Shown one piece after another: positions 1-11,863 of a stretch of 62,773 nucleotides of DNA. The notes under the pieces were generated by a model that ran no database searches, had not been told where the DNA came from, and saw only the letters and a program-made list of their open reading frames with translations. The DNA is taken from assembly GCF_001194135.2 (NCBI RefSeq), contig NC_068997.1, forward strand, positions 52,963,996 through 53,026,768. The letters are read 5' to 3'. This DNA is from Octopus bimaculoides. Taxonomy: Eukaryota. A program made the translations under genes and the position numbers. Within the stretch, counting starts at the first letter, position 1. The number at the start of each line of letters is the position of its first letter.

Positions 1-164
1 GCCCCCCCCCCACTTTCGATATACTCTAATAGAACCCCACCCTCTTCAGAGATACTCATTCGCCCTCCCCACCCGTTGCCAGAGAAGGCGGCACTGCACA
101 ATTTGGGACGAATTTATGTATTTAGTTGTTGTCGCAGATCTTAATTAGCGTACCCTTATAACCA

Positions 165-410
165 TGTGCTAACAATGGGAGTTCAATGTGGTTGCTCGAT
201 CGGCTAAAAATAAGAGTTAAATATCCCCCCGAATTGTCTTAGATGAAACCTTATGAATGACACACGGTTTCATGGAATTGTACGTAGATTGGTTTTGAGA
301 TAAAGTGAACAGGATGGTCATGGCTATAACGTCGTTGTTCATAGAAAAGATGGATGATGACAGACCCAGGACTGATGACAACAATAACAACACAAACAAC
401 AACAACCATG
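165..410 (+). mobile_element. Unclassified ~220-bp dispersed repeat (family D), near full length, ending in a (CAA)n-like tail
   Basis: Shares the blocks 'gctaaaaata/gctagaaata' and 'ggatggtcatggcta' with other copies at 18595, 31545, 32905, 51826 and 62215; followed by acaataacaacacaaacaacaac. Confidence 0.55.
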
Positions 411-415
411 ACACT

Positions 416-630
416 ATTGGTTTCAAATTTTAGCACAAGGCCAGCAATTTTGAGGGGAGGGGTAAGTCAATTACATCGATCCCAGTGTTCGACTCGTACT
501 TATTTTATTGACCCGAAAGGATGAAAGCAAAGTCGACCCCGGCGGAATTTGCACTAAAAATGTAAAGACGGACGAAATATCGCTAAGTATTTTATCCGGA
601 ACACAAACGATTCTGCTAGCGTGCCGCCTT
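416..630 (-). mobile_element. tRNA-derived SINE, family A (Meta-domain-like core)
   Basis: Reverse complement reads aaggcggcacgctagcagaatcg...ggggtcgactttgctttcatcctttcgggtcaataaaataagtacgag...ggatcgatgtaattgac, matching about nine other copies in the window. Confidence 0.85.
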
Positions 631-661
631 AAGAACAACAAGAATATTATCAACAACAATA

Positions 662-800
662 ATTGCTTTTAAGTTAGGTCCAAAGCCAGCAATTTTGAGG
701 GGAGGGGAGGGGAGTTAGTCAATACCCATTTATCCACGGGACTTGACTGGTGTTATATTTTGCCGACCCGAATGGACGGAAGGCAAATCTGAACTTGCAG
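662..800 (-). mobile_element. SINE family A, degraded 3' part
   Basis: aagccagcaattttgagggg...gccgacccgaatggacggaaggcaaa is a diverged copy of the 416-630 tail and core. Confidence 0.6.
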
Positions 801-816
801 GATACCACACACACAC

Positions 817-828
<12 letters not shown>

Positions 829-902
<74 letters not shown>

Positions 903-925
903 GTGTACATATTTGTGTGTGTGTG
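829..925. repeat. (GT)n microsatellite
   Basis: Long pure gt run with few interruptions. Confidence 0.95.
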
Positions 926-1090
926 TTCGTGTTTATCCCCCCCCCCAATCGCTTGACAACCGCTTGACAACCGGTTCGGCAAAAGAGACCAATAGAATAA
1001 GTACTAGGTTTACAAAGAATAAGTCCTGGGGTCGATTGCTCCAGCATGATGACAGTCAAATGACTGAAGCAAGTAAAAGAATAAAAGAAT
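920..1090 (+). mobile_element. SINE family B, 3' half with internal deletion and a short cgcttgacaac duplication
   Basis: ggttcggcaaaagagaccaatagaataagtactaggtttacaaagaataagtcctggggtcgat...ctccagcatg...gtcaaatgactgaagcaagtaaaagaataaaag matches 49200-49329. Confidence 0.85.
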
Positions 1091-1126
1091 ATATATGTAT
1101 ATATATATACATATACATACATAAAT

Positions 1127-1177
<51 letters not shown>

Positions 1178-1629
1178 CATATACATACATATATACTTAT
1201 ATATAACTACTGATATATGTACACACGCATATATATAATATATATATATACGTATATATAAACTGTTAGGCATTTGTAAATATACACACACATATTCATA
1301 TATATACACAAACACATATTTTTAGATATTACACATGTAACGATGCATACCCACATATATGGAAGTACAGCTTGAAGGAGATACCCCCGAGTCATTAAAT
1401 GATGCACCAAAAGTAACAGGATATCAAGATTGCATATCATCCTAGGATATAATCCATGATAAAATCGATATCAATAATCAATAAATTATGAAAATTGAAC
1501 AGTTTGTGATTGAATAATCAATCAATCGAGAGTAGATCGATGCCAGATGTGTTTACAGCTTCCGCTTGAATGAACGATTGGAATATAGGTGTGTTAGAAT
1601 ATCTGGGGTGGGAGGGTGTATTGGATGGA

Positions 1630-1805
1630 TCCATCCATCCATCCATCCATTAATCCATCCATCCATCCATCCAGCTACCCAACCAGCCAGCCATTCATTC
1701 CCCCGTCCATCCAACCTCCCTTCCATCCCTCATTCCGTCCACCCTTTCCTCCTATCTGACCCTCACTTCCTCTTGCCTTCCCTCCCACTGCCCCTTTTTC
1801 TCCTA
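1630..1805. repeat. (CCAT)n decaying into a pyrimidine-rich tract
   Basis: atccatccatcc repeats followed by CT-rich sequence. Confidence 0.85.
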
Positions 1806-2625
1806 TATTTAAGTAGATTTCTTTGGGCTTTCGGTGTTTTTTTTTTTAGATTAGAGAAGCTGATTCTCTTGCCAAAATCTTTGTGAAACATAAGACAGTT
1901 TCGGAAACATTTTTTCATAGTTTGACTAATTTTCTTTAGTAGAAAATCTGTAATGTAAGAACTAATTTTTCCTGGTGTAGACCCAGCAGAACAAGGAGCA
2001 TGAACTATTAGGCAGCTCTGGTTAGCAGAGCACAGTCAGTCACAACACGAGGAATTGTAGAAGAGGTTTTCCAAGTAATTCATCAAAGAGACATGTCAGT
2101 AGATACTCCAGCCACCGACCTTAGCAATGAACATCACTATCCCATAGCCCTATGGTGAACAGGAGACCAAGAAGAACAAACAGAAAAACGTTCTCATAAA
2201 AAAGTGAATGAGAAAAATCACTACTTCCTTTGGAAAACGCCAAGCAGGTTCACTGCAGTATGATAGGATTTGATGGCGTAATAGATATGTATATCAAATA
2301 TATCAAAGCATCCATTTCCAAGTAAGTTTATCTTAACCTTTTTGATGAGACTCTACTCTAAACTGTTTTTCTCCTTATACTTCTCTAATTCCCTTTTTCT
2401 CCCCCTTCACCTTTTTCTATCTGTCTCTCTCTCCCTCTTTCGCTTTTTTTCTCTCTCGTGCTCATACGTGGCCATCGTCAATCTTTCTTTTCCTCACGTG
2501 ACCATCTTTCTTTTCTTGCACGACGTTCTTTCTACACACACACACATATATATATTATTTATATATATATATATGTATGTATATATATATATATATATGT
2601 AGGTGCCTATATATACTTGTGTATG

Positions 2626-2693
<68 letters not shown>

Positions 2694-3749
2694 TATGTGA
2701 AAATGTATGTGTATACATGTGCGCACAAGTTGCTCCAGCATGATCGCAGCCACATGGCCAACAACTACAAAAAGTATATGTGTATGAGTGCTTGTTTGTG
2801 TGTAAATATATATGTATGTGTACACACACGCACATTTATATATATATATACATGCACACATACATACATATACACACACACACACATGTACACACATAAA
2901 AACATGTATACATATGTATATATATATATATATGATGTAGGCGGAACTGCTGAATATGTGGCTGCCATGTAGTTTTAATTTCTATGGAGTTGAACTTAAA
3001 AATGTAAAATGACGACCGAACTGAATACTAGAAGGAATGTGGTGAGGCTCCAGAGAGTCTGGGCCAGTTCGCTTCCGTTCTGAATCATATTGCTAAGAGG
3101 ACTATGATGATAGCGACGACGATGACGATGGTAATGATGATAATAATAATAATACTAACAACAACAACAACAACAACAAAAAGGTCTTTATTATTTCCAA
3201 GGGTTCAAAATTTTCTACAAAATACAATAAACGTTAGAAAGGACAAGGGCTGCAATAAATGAGGGACTGGATAAGCGTATATAGAATTCTGCAAAGGGAT
3301 GATGGTGTTATACATTAAATGGTTAAATATCTGATAAATCAAGAAATATATATATGCTATAATATAAAACATAATAATAAAAAATAAGCTGTTGTTTAAA
3401 TTAGAACATAATACATGTAAAACTTTTGGTAAATTACTTGACCACACACGAATGGGAATCAACACTGTCGCCTCGAAGCATCTAACAACCGTGTCTTTTT
3501 GATATTTCTCTCGTAATGTATTCTGTTGAACCCAAGACGTCTGTTGATATATTTTGTGTACAGCAGGTTCGGAATATTTCAAAGTGCACAGGATATTTTA
3601 AATCATGCGAGTATAATACTGTGGTGAGCACTTTAGTAATATTGTCTTTCACATGATTATCATTCTCTTTTGTTTTTTTTTTAAACGTGTCTAAAACATT
3701 TCGCTGTCAAATTTCGAACGATACTATGGTGTATAATTTACAGCGTCTT

Positions 3750-4020
3750 CATAATCCTATTGCACTATGGTGACCCACTATGGCGTTTTTCTGAGGACAT
3801 TGGTTTAACAAGATTTCTGTTGTGGATTGGCTGATTTTGTGCTTCTTCTTGTTGCTATTTCGACGGAATCTGCAAACCCTGCCATCCTTCTTAAGACATC
3901 CGCTTACTCTCCCTTGAGTAAGATGGGCTACAGCAAATATTCTGCTCAATACGACAGATTTGCTTGTCAGTTGTTTGACGTTAATCAGTTGAGCATGTTC
4001 CTTGGTTGCTGACAAAATGT
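3750..4020 (-). mobile_element. Possible highly degraded restriction-like endonuclease (RLE) LINE fragment
   Basis: Frameshifted minus-strand pieces 'LT..EQNI..AH' and 'DG.VC..SVEIATR' resemble the ELTxPxExNIxxAH and PVEIGxRG motifs of RLE domains; weak. Confidence 0.25.
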
Positions 4021-4030
4021 GCACCTCTGA

Positions 4031-4393
4031 TCACAAGTAGTGGGAGAGCATCATAGCCATGTGTCGAGAGGAATTATTTGGGGTTTGGGTAATTCACCTT
4101 TCGAAACATGGGTGTTTCGTTCAACATCCTTTAACAAACATTATTCAGGGAGCTTTTAAGCGGGATGGGCTACTCGACCCGAAGAAAATTTTAACTGGGC
4201 CCCACCTGCAAGGTCATGCGCTGTTTATCTTGATATGAGGTCACCATGTTGCGCACATATGGTTGTGATGCATGTGCCTGGTGTACCCTTATCAGACGGG
4301 TAGTCACGATGGGTATATTGGGCTTCGTATATTTGTACCCCAGTGTTACTTTGATGGCATGCACTGCTCTCTCACTCAATACTCTGCTCTCTC

Positions 4394-4429
<36 letters not shown>
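4031..4429 (+). mobile_element. Non-LTR retroelement 3' UTR with (AAT)n tail
   Basis: Non-coding GC-richer block ending ...gcatgcactgctctctcactcaat, a partial re-copy of this terminal motif (ctctgctctctcaat), then (AAT)n; recognised as a common octopus repeat from memory. Confidence 0.6.
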
Positions 4430-4431
4430 CA

Positions 4432-4629
4432 TCCTTTCTATTATAGGCGCAAGGCCTGAAATTTTTGGGGAGGAGATGAGTCGACTACATCGACCCCAGT
4501 GATTAACCGGTACTTATATTATCGACCCCAAAAGAATGAAAGAGAAAGGCGACCTCGATGCAATTTGAACTCAAAGCTTAAAGCCAGAAGAAATACCGCC
4601 AAACATTTTGTTTGCCGCACTAACGATTT
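4432..4629 (-). mobile_element. SINE family A (head truncated)
   Basis: aggcctgaaatttttgggga...gtcgactacatcgaccccag...ggtacttatattatcgacccc...gaatgaaag. Confidence 0.8.
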
Positions 4630-4643
4630 TAATAATAATCATA

Positions 4644-5142
4644 GTACAAAAGGTGACATGACAATGTGTCAAAACGATCCATTGGGAGTCTCGTGAAAAT
4701 TATGGCCTAGAAAGATCAAAGGCGTGGTGTGACCAAATCCCAGAAGACGTTTCTGAGAATGAGGATTGCAGAATCCTATGGAATGTAGTGATTCAGTGTG
4801 ACTATCAGATTAAACATCGGAAATCTGACATTGTTGTGAACAGAAAAGAAGCAAAAAAGAAACATTCTTGATAATTGACATGGCATGTTCCGGTGACAAC
4901 AGGATTGGAGCGAAAGAAAAAAAAAATGAACAACTTTGATGAATTGAAGGTGGGAAATATGCAAGTTGTGGGCAATGAAGAGAGTGGACGTGAAACCAAT
5001 AGTGATTGGCATGCTTGGAAGTATCAGCACTCAACAACCGCCATGGCTCAAAAACATTGGAGCAAATGTAAAGATAGAACACTTACAAAAATCATCAATG
5101 TTTGGAACTGCAAGAGCTCCCCGCAGGATTCTTGAAGCAGAC
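4644..5142 (+). pseudogene. R4/Dong-like non-LTR retrotransposon, RLE endonuclease C-terminal fragment with stops and frameshifts
   Basis: Translates across shifts as YKR*HDNVSK-IHWESRENYGLERSKAWCDQIPEDVSENEDCRILWNVVIQCDYQIKHRKSDIVV-FLIIDMACSGDNRI-MWAMKRVDVKPIVIGMLGSIS...EHLQKSSMFGTARAPRRIL; contains the RHD, R(P)DIV and IPIVIGALG motifs of R4-clade RLE domains. Confidence 0.85.
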
Positions 5143-5269
5143 TTAGGTTCATCTTAGTCTGCTGGATGTGGACAGCTGACATTTTCCATCATACCCAGCG
5201 AAATAAAACTGAGAATTTTTCATGATATAACAACAACAATAATGATAATAATGATTTTGTAAAGTCATA

Positions 5270-5485
5270 TATTAGCTGAGTAGAAGTCAAGAAAACAGAA
5301 AAATATCACAACTTAACCAAAGTTGACGAAATAGCAAAAGACGTGACAATTGTCCCTGCAGGTCACCCCAAACTGCTGTCTAAGGGACTGAAGGATATCA
5401 GAATTAAGACTTGCATTGTCTACTCGCAGAAAAGTTCATCTGGTATCCTGCAAGAATTCTAAAGAAGATTGGAGAGTTCTGAGGA
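5270..5485 (+). pseudogene. Second, older R4-like RLE C-terminal remnant
   Basis: KTEKYHNL...VTIVPAG...LSKGLKDIRIKTCIVYSQK...ARILKKIGEF* echoes EKLEKYQDL...KGLEKLGI...ARILRKVLE. Confidence 0.5.
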
Positions 5486-5924
5486 TGTTTGCTGTCAACA
5501 AACCTTATGATAACATCACTACAAATTATATTAGCAGGCAATAGTATGATATTATAATATTGAGTAGCAGGACCTGTGAATATTTCACGGAAATAATGGT
5601 AAACTTCTTGGGTTATTTCTGATAATTTTATCCAAAAAAATCTGAAAAAACCCCCCAAAAATCTGTTGTGTCTGCATCAAAAGATAGTCGTTCATCTGCT
5701 ACTTATTGAAAAGTGAAGGAAATTGGAATCCGATGATTACTTAATGCACTTTATATACTTCATGCACAATTTTATAGAGTTAATGCACAACACTCTCCTT
5801 CTTTCTCTGTCACTCTTCACCTTACCCTCTATTTCTCTCTCCTTTTTCTTTCGTTCTTTGCCTTTCCCTTCAACTAATCACGTGAAAACGTTACAGACGG
5901 GCTAAGTAACGAAGAAAAAATCAT

Positions 5925-6080
5925 TCACCACCACTTCTCCCCCCTCCTATCCCCTCCCACATCTCTCTCCTCCCCTTCTCCTCTCCTCCCCTCTCCTCTT
6001 ACCTCTGCTTACCTATCCATCCTCTCCTACTCCTCCCCTGCTATCCCTCTCACTTCCTACCCTCCCCTTCCTCTTCGATT
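5925..6080. repeat. Polypyrimidine (CCT/CT-rich) low-complexity tract
   Basis: About 150 bp almost entirely C and T. Confidence 0.8.
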
Positions 6081-6385
6081 TATCCCGAATATATATATAT
6101 ATATTTATGTTCATATAAATGTATACATAAAAATATATCTTTATACATATATACATGTATATATNNNNNNNNNNNNNNNNNNNNNNNNNNNNNNNNNNNN
6201 NNNNNNNNNNNNNNNNNNNNNNNNNNNNNNNNNNNNNNNNNNNNNNNNNNNNNNNNNNNNNNNNNNNNNNNNNNNNNNNNNNNNNNNNNNNNNNNNNNNN
6301 NNNNNNNNNNNNNNNNNNNNNNNNNNNNNNNNNNNNNNNNNNNNNNNNNNNNNNNNNNNNNNNNNNNNNNNNNNNNNNNNNNNNN

Positions 6386-6440
<55 letters not shown>

Positions 6441-6452
6441 ATATGTATATAT

Positions 6453-6484
<32 letters not shown>

Positions 6485-6814
6485 CTATATATATGCACAC
6501 ACACACACACACACACATTTAAGTGCATACATAGGTGCATGCATACGCATACACATATAATCGCAATGTGTGTTGGTACGAGTGTGTGTGTGTGAGTGTG
6601 TATGTTCAATTGGCAGCGTTACAAGAGAAACGACACAGCAGCCGAGACAGATACAAGATGTATATATTTTAGCCGTGCTGTCAATGTTGTTTTCTAACAT
6701 GATTTGTGTCCCTTTGACAGGCTGTTGACCGACATGGATAAACAACATGGATTGAAAACGCACTCACACACACATACACACACACACGCACGCACACACA
6801 CTGACACACACACG

Positions 6815-6855
<41 letters not shown>

Positions 6856-7529
6856 TCACAAACAGACCATATGTTAATACAGCCAGAAGATTAAGGAGGA
6901 TCCCTCACCCTACTGACTAATACCCTCACTATCATTCATATATATATATATATGTATATATACGACGGTATATATATATATATATANNNNNNNNNNNNNN
7001 NNNNNNNNNNNNNNNNNNNNNNNNNNNNNNNNNNNNNNNNNNNNNNNNNNNNNNNNNNNNNNNNNNNNNNNNNNNNNNNNNNNNNNNNNNNNNNNNNNNN
7101 NNNNNNNNNNNNNNNNNNNNNNNNNNNNNNNNNNNNNNNNNNNNNNNNNNNNNNNNNNNNNNNNNNNNNNNNNNNNNNNNNNNNNNNNNNNNNNNNNNNN
7201 NNNNNNNNNNNNNNNNNNNNNNNNNNNNNNNNNNNNNNNNNNNNNNNNNNNNNNNNNNNNNNNNNNNNNNNNNNNNNNNNNNNNNNNNNNNNNNNNNNNN
7301 NNNNNNNNNNNNNNNNNNNNNNNNNNNNNNNNNNNNNNNNNNNNNNNNNNNNNNNNNNNNNNNNNNNNNNNNNNNNNNNNNNNNNNNNNNNNNNNNNNNN
7401 NNNNNNNNNNNNNNNNNNNNNNNNNNNNNNNNNNNNNNNNNNNNNNNNNNNNNNNNNNNNNNNNNNNNNNNNNNNNNNNNNNNNNNNNNNNNNNNNNNNN
7501 NNNNNNNNNNNNNNNNNNNNNNNNNNNNN

Positions 7530-7574
<45 letters not shown>

Positions 7575-7814
7575 GGTTGAAGAATATGAAGAGAGACTGT
7601 TCATACAGTGGAGTTACGGATTACTTGATATCGTCATTAAGATAATATTGCATCACTTGTTATATTGACTGGTTGACAGTGAGTATCACTGGTATTCTAC
7701 CTGAGTATCCTTGTAGCCAAATACACGCTGGAGAGCTACTGAGTTAATTACCATACATACATGCATGCATACATACATACATACATACATACATACATAC
7801 ATACATACACACAT

Positions 7815-8190
7815 CTGGGATACGTAACACACTGCCTAAATACCAATCTTGAGAAATTAGGCTTCTCAAAACCAGAAAGGAGAAAGCTAATTCGAAGACT
7901 ACAGATCCAATCCATCATTGGCACTGTAAAAACCTGTAAAACTTTCCAGAAGTTTATCATTAAAATATATATGAGCATGTCTAGATATGTAACTATATGC
8001 ATGAGAATACATACATAAAACATACAAATCTGCACATGTACATACATACATACGTGCATACATGCATAGAAACAAACAAATGAAAGTACCATGTTGTTGA
8101 TGCTAAAATTCTAATGAAGGAGCCTCGGATCTAGGTTAGAAACCGGTTCTTTCTCCATTGGTAAGAAATCTCGATATAAAACTGAACAAT
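7815..8190 (+). mobile_element. RLE-type LINE 3' end (ORF C-terminus plus 3' UTR)
   Basis: LGYVTHCLNTNLEKLGFSKPERRKLIRRLQIQSIIGTVKTCKTFQKF; the same terminal motif (SGIVKICETFLKL) and a related 3' UTR recur at 44590-45040. Confidence 0.75.
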
Positions 8191-8332
8191 GAATGATATA
8201 GATATGAATGTATATTCATATCTATATTAATGTTTGTTTTTATGTGTTACTCTATACTTTTGTAGAATATAAATTTATTGTTCTTAAACAAGAATATTAT
8301 TGATAGTAACCTCGAAGTTTCGGCCAGCTAAG

Positions 8333-8379
<47 letters not shown>

Positions 8380-9099
8380 NNNNNNNNNNNNNNNNNNNNN
8401 NNNNNNNNNNNNNNNNNNNNNNNNNNNNNNNNNNNNNNNNNNNNNNNNNNNNNNNNNNNNNNNNNNNNNNNNNNNNNNNNNNNNNNNNNNNNNNNNNNNN
8501 NNNNNNNNNNNNNNNNNNNNNNNNNNNNNNNNNNNNNNNNNNNNNNNNNNNNNNNNNNNNNNNNNNNNNNNNNNNNNNNNNNNNNNNNNNNNNNNNNNNN
8601 NNNNNNNNNNNNNNNNNNNNNNNNNNNNNNNNNNNNNNNNNNNNNNNNNNNNNNNNNNNNNNNNNNNNNNNNNNNNNNNNNNNNNNNNNNNNNNNNNNNN
8701 NNNNNNNNNNNNNNNNNNNNNNNNNNNNNNNNNNNNNNNNNNNNNNNNNNNNNNNNNNNNNNNNNNNNNNNNNNNNNNNNNNNNNNNNNNNNNNNNNNNN
8801 NNNNNNNNNNNNNNNNNNNNNNNNNNNNNNNNNNNNNNNNNNNNNNNNNNNNNNNNNNNNNNNNNNNNNATATATCCATGCATATACATATATGTATACA
8901 TGCAAATATGTGTGTGTATTCATATATGTATATGCGCGTGTATGTCTATGTGTGCATACATATATAATTGAAATATCAGGTTAAATTACAGATGTATGGA
9001 GGATATAAACAAAAGTTAGTAACAAGATGCTACATGGAATATAAATGAATTTACATTTGTTCTGTTTATGACCAGCACGAATAGTGTCCGTGACTTAGC

Positions 9100-10010
9100 A
9101 TCAAAGACTGACGACTAATGTCTAACTAATAAATAAGAGAGGTGACTATAACTAGTGACTATGGTTAATGACTATGAATGGTGTTTAAGACTAGTGTCTA
9201 TGAGCATGATTTGCAAAGTATAACGACTCTACTTCCTAGAACATATGCAGTGATGTACATCTGGAAAATCCTGGAAGCTTGTCTTCCAAGCTTTGGCATT
9301 GGAAGTTACACAACCAGCAAAACGGTTCGCCACTGCATAGTACCAAAAATCCCAACATTGCCATCAGTACACAGGACCAGTTCCTATAGCAAATTGAGTT
9401 TCAAGCGCCCATAGCTCTTCAATATCCTCCCTCAAAAGCCCGAGAGATCTACGTTGGGTGGGAGTTTGTCGTCTTCTAAACAAAACTGGATCTCCTCCTA
9501 TCAAGAGTTTCGGGTGAGCCTCCCTCACGGCAGGAAACGCAGATGAGGGCAGCAGCATCAAACCCTCTGATTCACCAAATGTCACATGTTAGAGGAGGTT
9601 TCAAGTAGTGAAAGTGTAGAAAAGCTAATGGCGATGCCCCAGCATGGCCGCTGTTCTCGAGCTGAAGCTAGCTAAAGAGTTAAAGAGTTATATTAGCTAT
9701 GACAGGTTACTATGTCTGATGATTATGTGTCAAAGTCTATGACTATTGATTATAACTTGTGACCAATGAATAGTGAATATGGTTAGTTACTATGACTAAT
9801 GACTGGCACTAAAAGACCATGATTTATGATTATGACTAGTAGCCATGGTGAGTGACTATGATTAGTAACAGTGCCAAGTGCTTATGGCAAGTGACTATAA
9901 TGAATATTTCTGACTAAGGATCATGGTTGTGCCTATTGTCTATGACTGGAGACGATGATAATTATGGCCAGTGCTTATGACAAATTACTATGATTAGTGA
10001 TTGATCACCG
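9100..10010. repeat. Degenerate TGACTA(TGACTAG)-type minisatellite, split by the CR1 fragment
   Basis: Many gtgactat, atgactaat and atgactagt units at 9100-9180 and 9695-10010. Confidence 0.7.
9195..9690 (+). pseudogene. CR1-like LINE 3' fragment (RT C-terminus plus 3' tail)
   Basis: RTYAVMYIWKILEACLPSFGI...RHCIVPKIP...KRP*LFNILP...KQNW...GEPPSRQETQMRAAASNPLIHQM matches the CR1-type RRERYxIIYxWKIL...GPxLFNxLP...DEP...AASNSL C-terminus; ends in a taaagagttaaagagtt tail. Confidence 0.85.
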
Positions 10011-10152
10011 CAAGCGAAAAACAGTTTGATTTTCGGGCGTAAGTACGACTAATGACCGACAATTGCTACTGAAACAATCAGGAAAAACGGCGGTTTTAAC
10101 GCGATGATGGTTTAGCAGTTTTCATCCTACACAGCCACAAATCGTTTAGCAT

Positions 10153-10242
10153 GGATAACCGATGCTGGTGTGTTTACGTTCCCGTAACCTAGGAGTTCGG
10201 CAAAAGAGACCGATAGAATAAGTTCTAGGCTTACAAAGAACT
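10153..10242 (+). mobile_element. SINE family B internal fragment
   Basis: accgatgctggtgtgtttacgttcccgtaacctaggagttcggcaaaagagaccgatagaataag. Confidence 0.8.
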
Positions 10243-10404
10243 ATAACACCGTAAACGCTGTCGTAGAATGATACAAAGCCGAAGACTCTCCAACTTATTT
10301 TTTGACTGGGATATTTTGAATTATGGAACCGAATATAACGCCGCACTGTCACGAAGCAGTTTCATTGAAAAAGTACAACAATAGAAAACCACTCACAAAT
10401 AACA

Positions 10405-10800
10405 AACACAAAAAGAGAAAAATATAACATGGTTCAATCCACCTTACAACATTAATGTAAGCACCAACATAGCTTGGAATTTTCCTCTTTGTTAAATATA
10501 CATTTCCCTAAATGCATAAATATCAAAAATGTTTCAAGGACAACTTTAGAAGTAGCTATAGTTGCCTTGATTACATCCCTTTACAAATATTCCATGGATA
10601 TCTTGGAGAAACACCCATTTAAGAACGACTGAACAGACAGTTTGCATCATCCAGAAGCAACTGTTCAAAAATTCAAAAAAGGACAGCAGTACATAAAATT
10701 TACGAATTTTATTGAGAAGAATTATACAGAATTTTGGAGAATAGTTTTATGATTAGATAAAACTTGCACAAGCATTAATTTTAAGCAAGAGATAGATTAA
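10405..10800 (+). pseudogene. Penelope-like element remnant (RT C-terminal linker to GIY-YIG start)
   Basis: KEKNITWFNPPYNINVSTNIAWNF-LLNIHFPK-HKYQKCFKDNFRSSYSCL, then GYLGETP..ERLNRQ; WFNPPY...HFP...SYSC is the typical PLE linker. Confidence 0.8.
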
Positions 10801-11283
10801 TTCCCCGTCCCTGTAGACAAGATCATGGATATGGCAAACCTATACACTTTGGAGGGATGTAATGTAATTTATGACTCTCTGAAAACTTTATTGGTCATAT
10901 CATTGTCTCACAGATCATTGGTCAAGAAATCCGAAATTTTGATTTTGTGTCGACACAAAACAGAATTCATACGGTAGTCATTGAATATACACAAACGTGC
11001 TATTCATTATAATAGGTCATCCTATAACACTAACTTATTCTAATGCTTGGATAACAGAGTTATCCACTAGCGCTAAATACATCGGATAGGAAGCCTAGTA
11101 GTTCCTGAATATCACAGCAGATAACCAATGAAATCTGACGTAACTGGCGTACCCTTTCAGCTCGGGCTATCTTTTTTGAAGTCTGAACGAATAGTGAAAA
11201 ACTCCGAAAAGCTATGGAGTTAATCATTTTTTACTATATGCACCGACGAGCAATTTTTTGTCGCATTGACCAACAACTGTGTA

Positions 11284-11347
<64 letters not shown>

Positions 11348-11829
11348 AGCCTATCTACCTGTCTGTCTGTCTGTACATGCACATACATATATACATATAT
11401 ATGTATGCCACTAAATGTGTATATAAATATATATNNNNNNNNNNNNNNNNNNNNNNNNNNNNNNNNNNNNNNNNNNNNNNNNNNNNNNNNNNNNNNNNNN
11501 NNNNNNNNNNNNNNNNNNNNNNNNNNNNNNNNNNTATATATATATATATATATATATGCATACATATATACATATACGTTGGTTTGATTATGTATATATA
11601 AATATACACGTATGTATATATGTATAGATTTAAACACACAGACATGCAAGCACATATGCCTGACTACGCGTGCGCGCATTTTTGTGTGTAAATGCGTGCG
11701 TATGTGTGTGTGTGTGTGTGTGTGGGTGAGTATGAGAGAGACAGTGAGTATATATATTGAAAATATGATTATATGACATTATTACGAAATTAGTTAAATG
11801 CAGAGAACGAGGGAGAAAGAAGGGGACGA

Positions 11830-11863
<34 letters not shown>

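Noticed and set aside
10-55. Minus-strand CTGAAGA...CGAAA as a hammerhead
   Set aside because: Stem II and stem III do not pair
8105-8150. CTAATGA...GAAAC motif as a hammerhead
   Set aside because: Core mutated, stem I absent, and the related 3' UTR copy at about 44960 does not keep it
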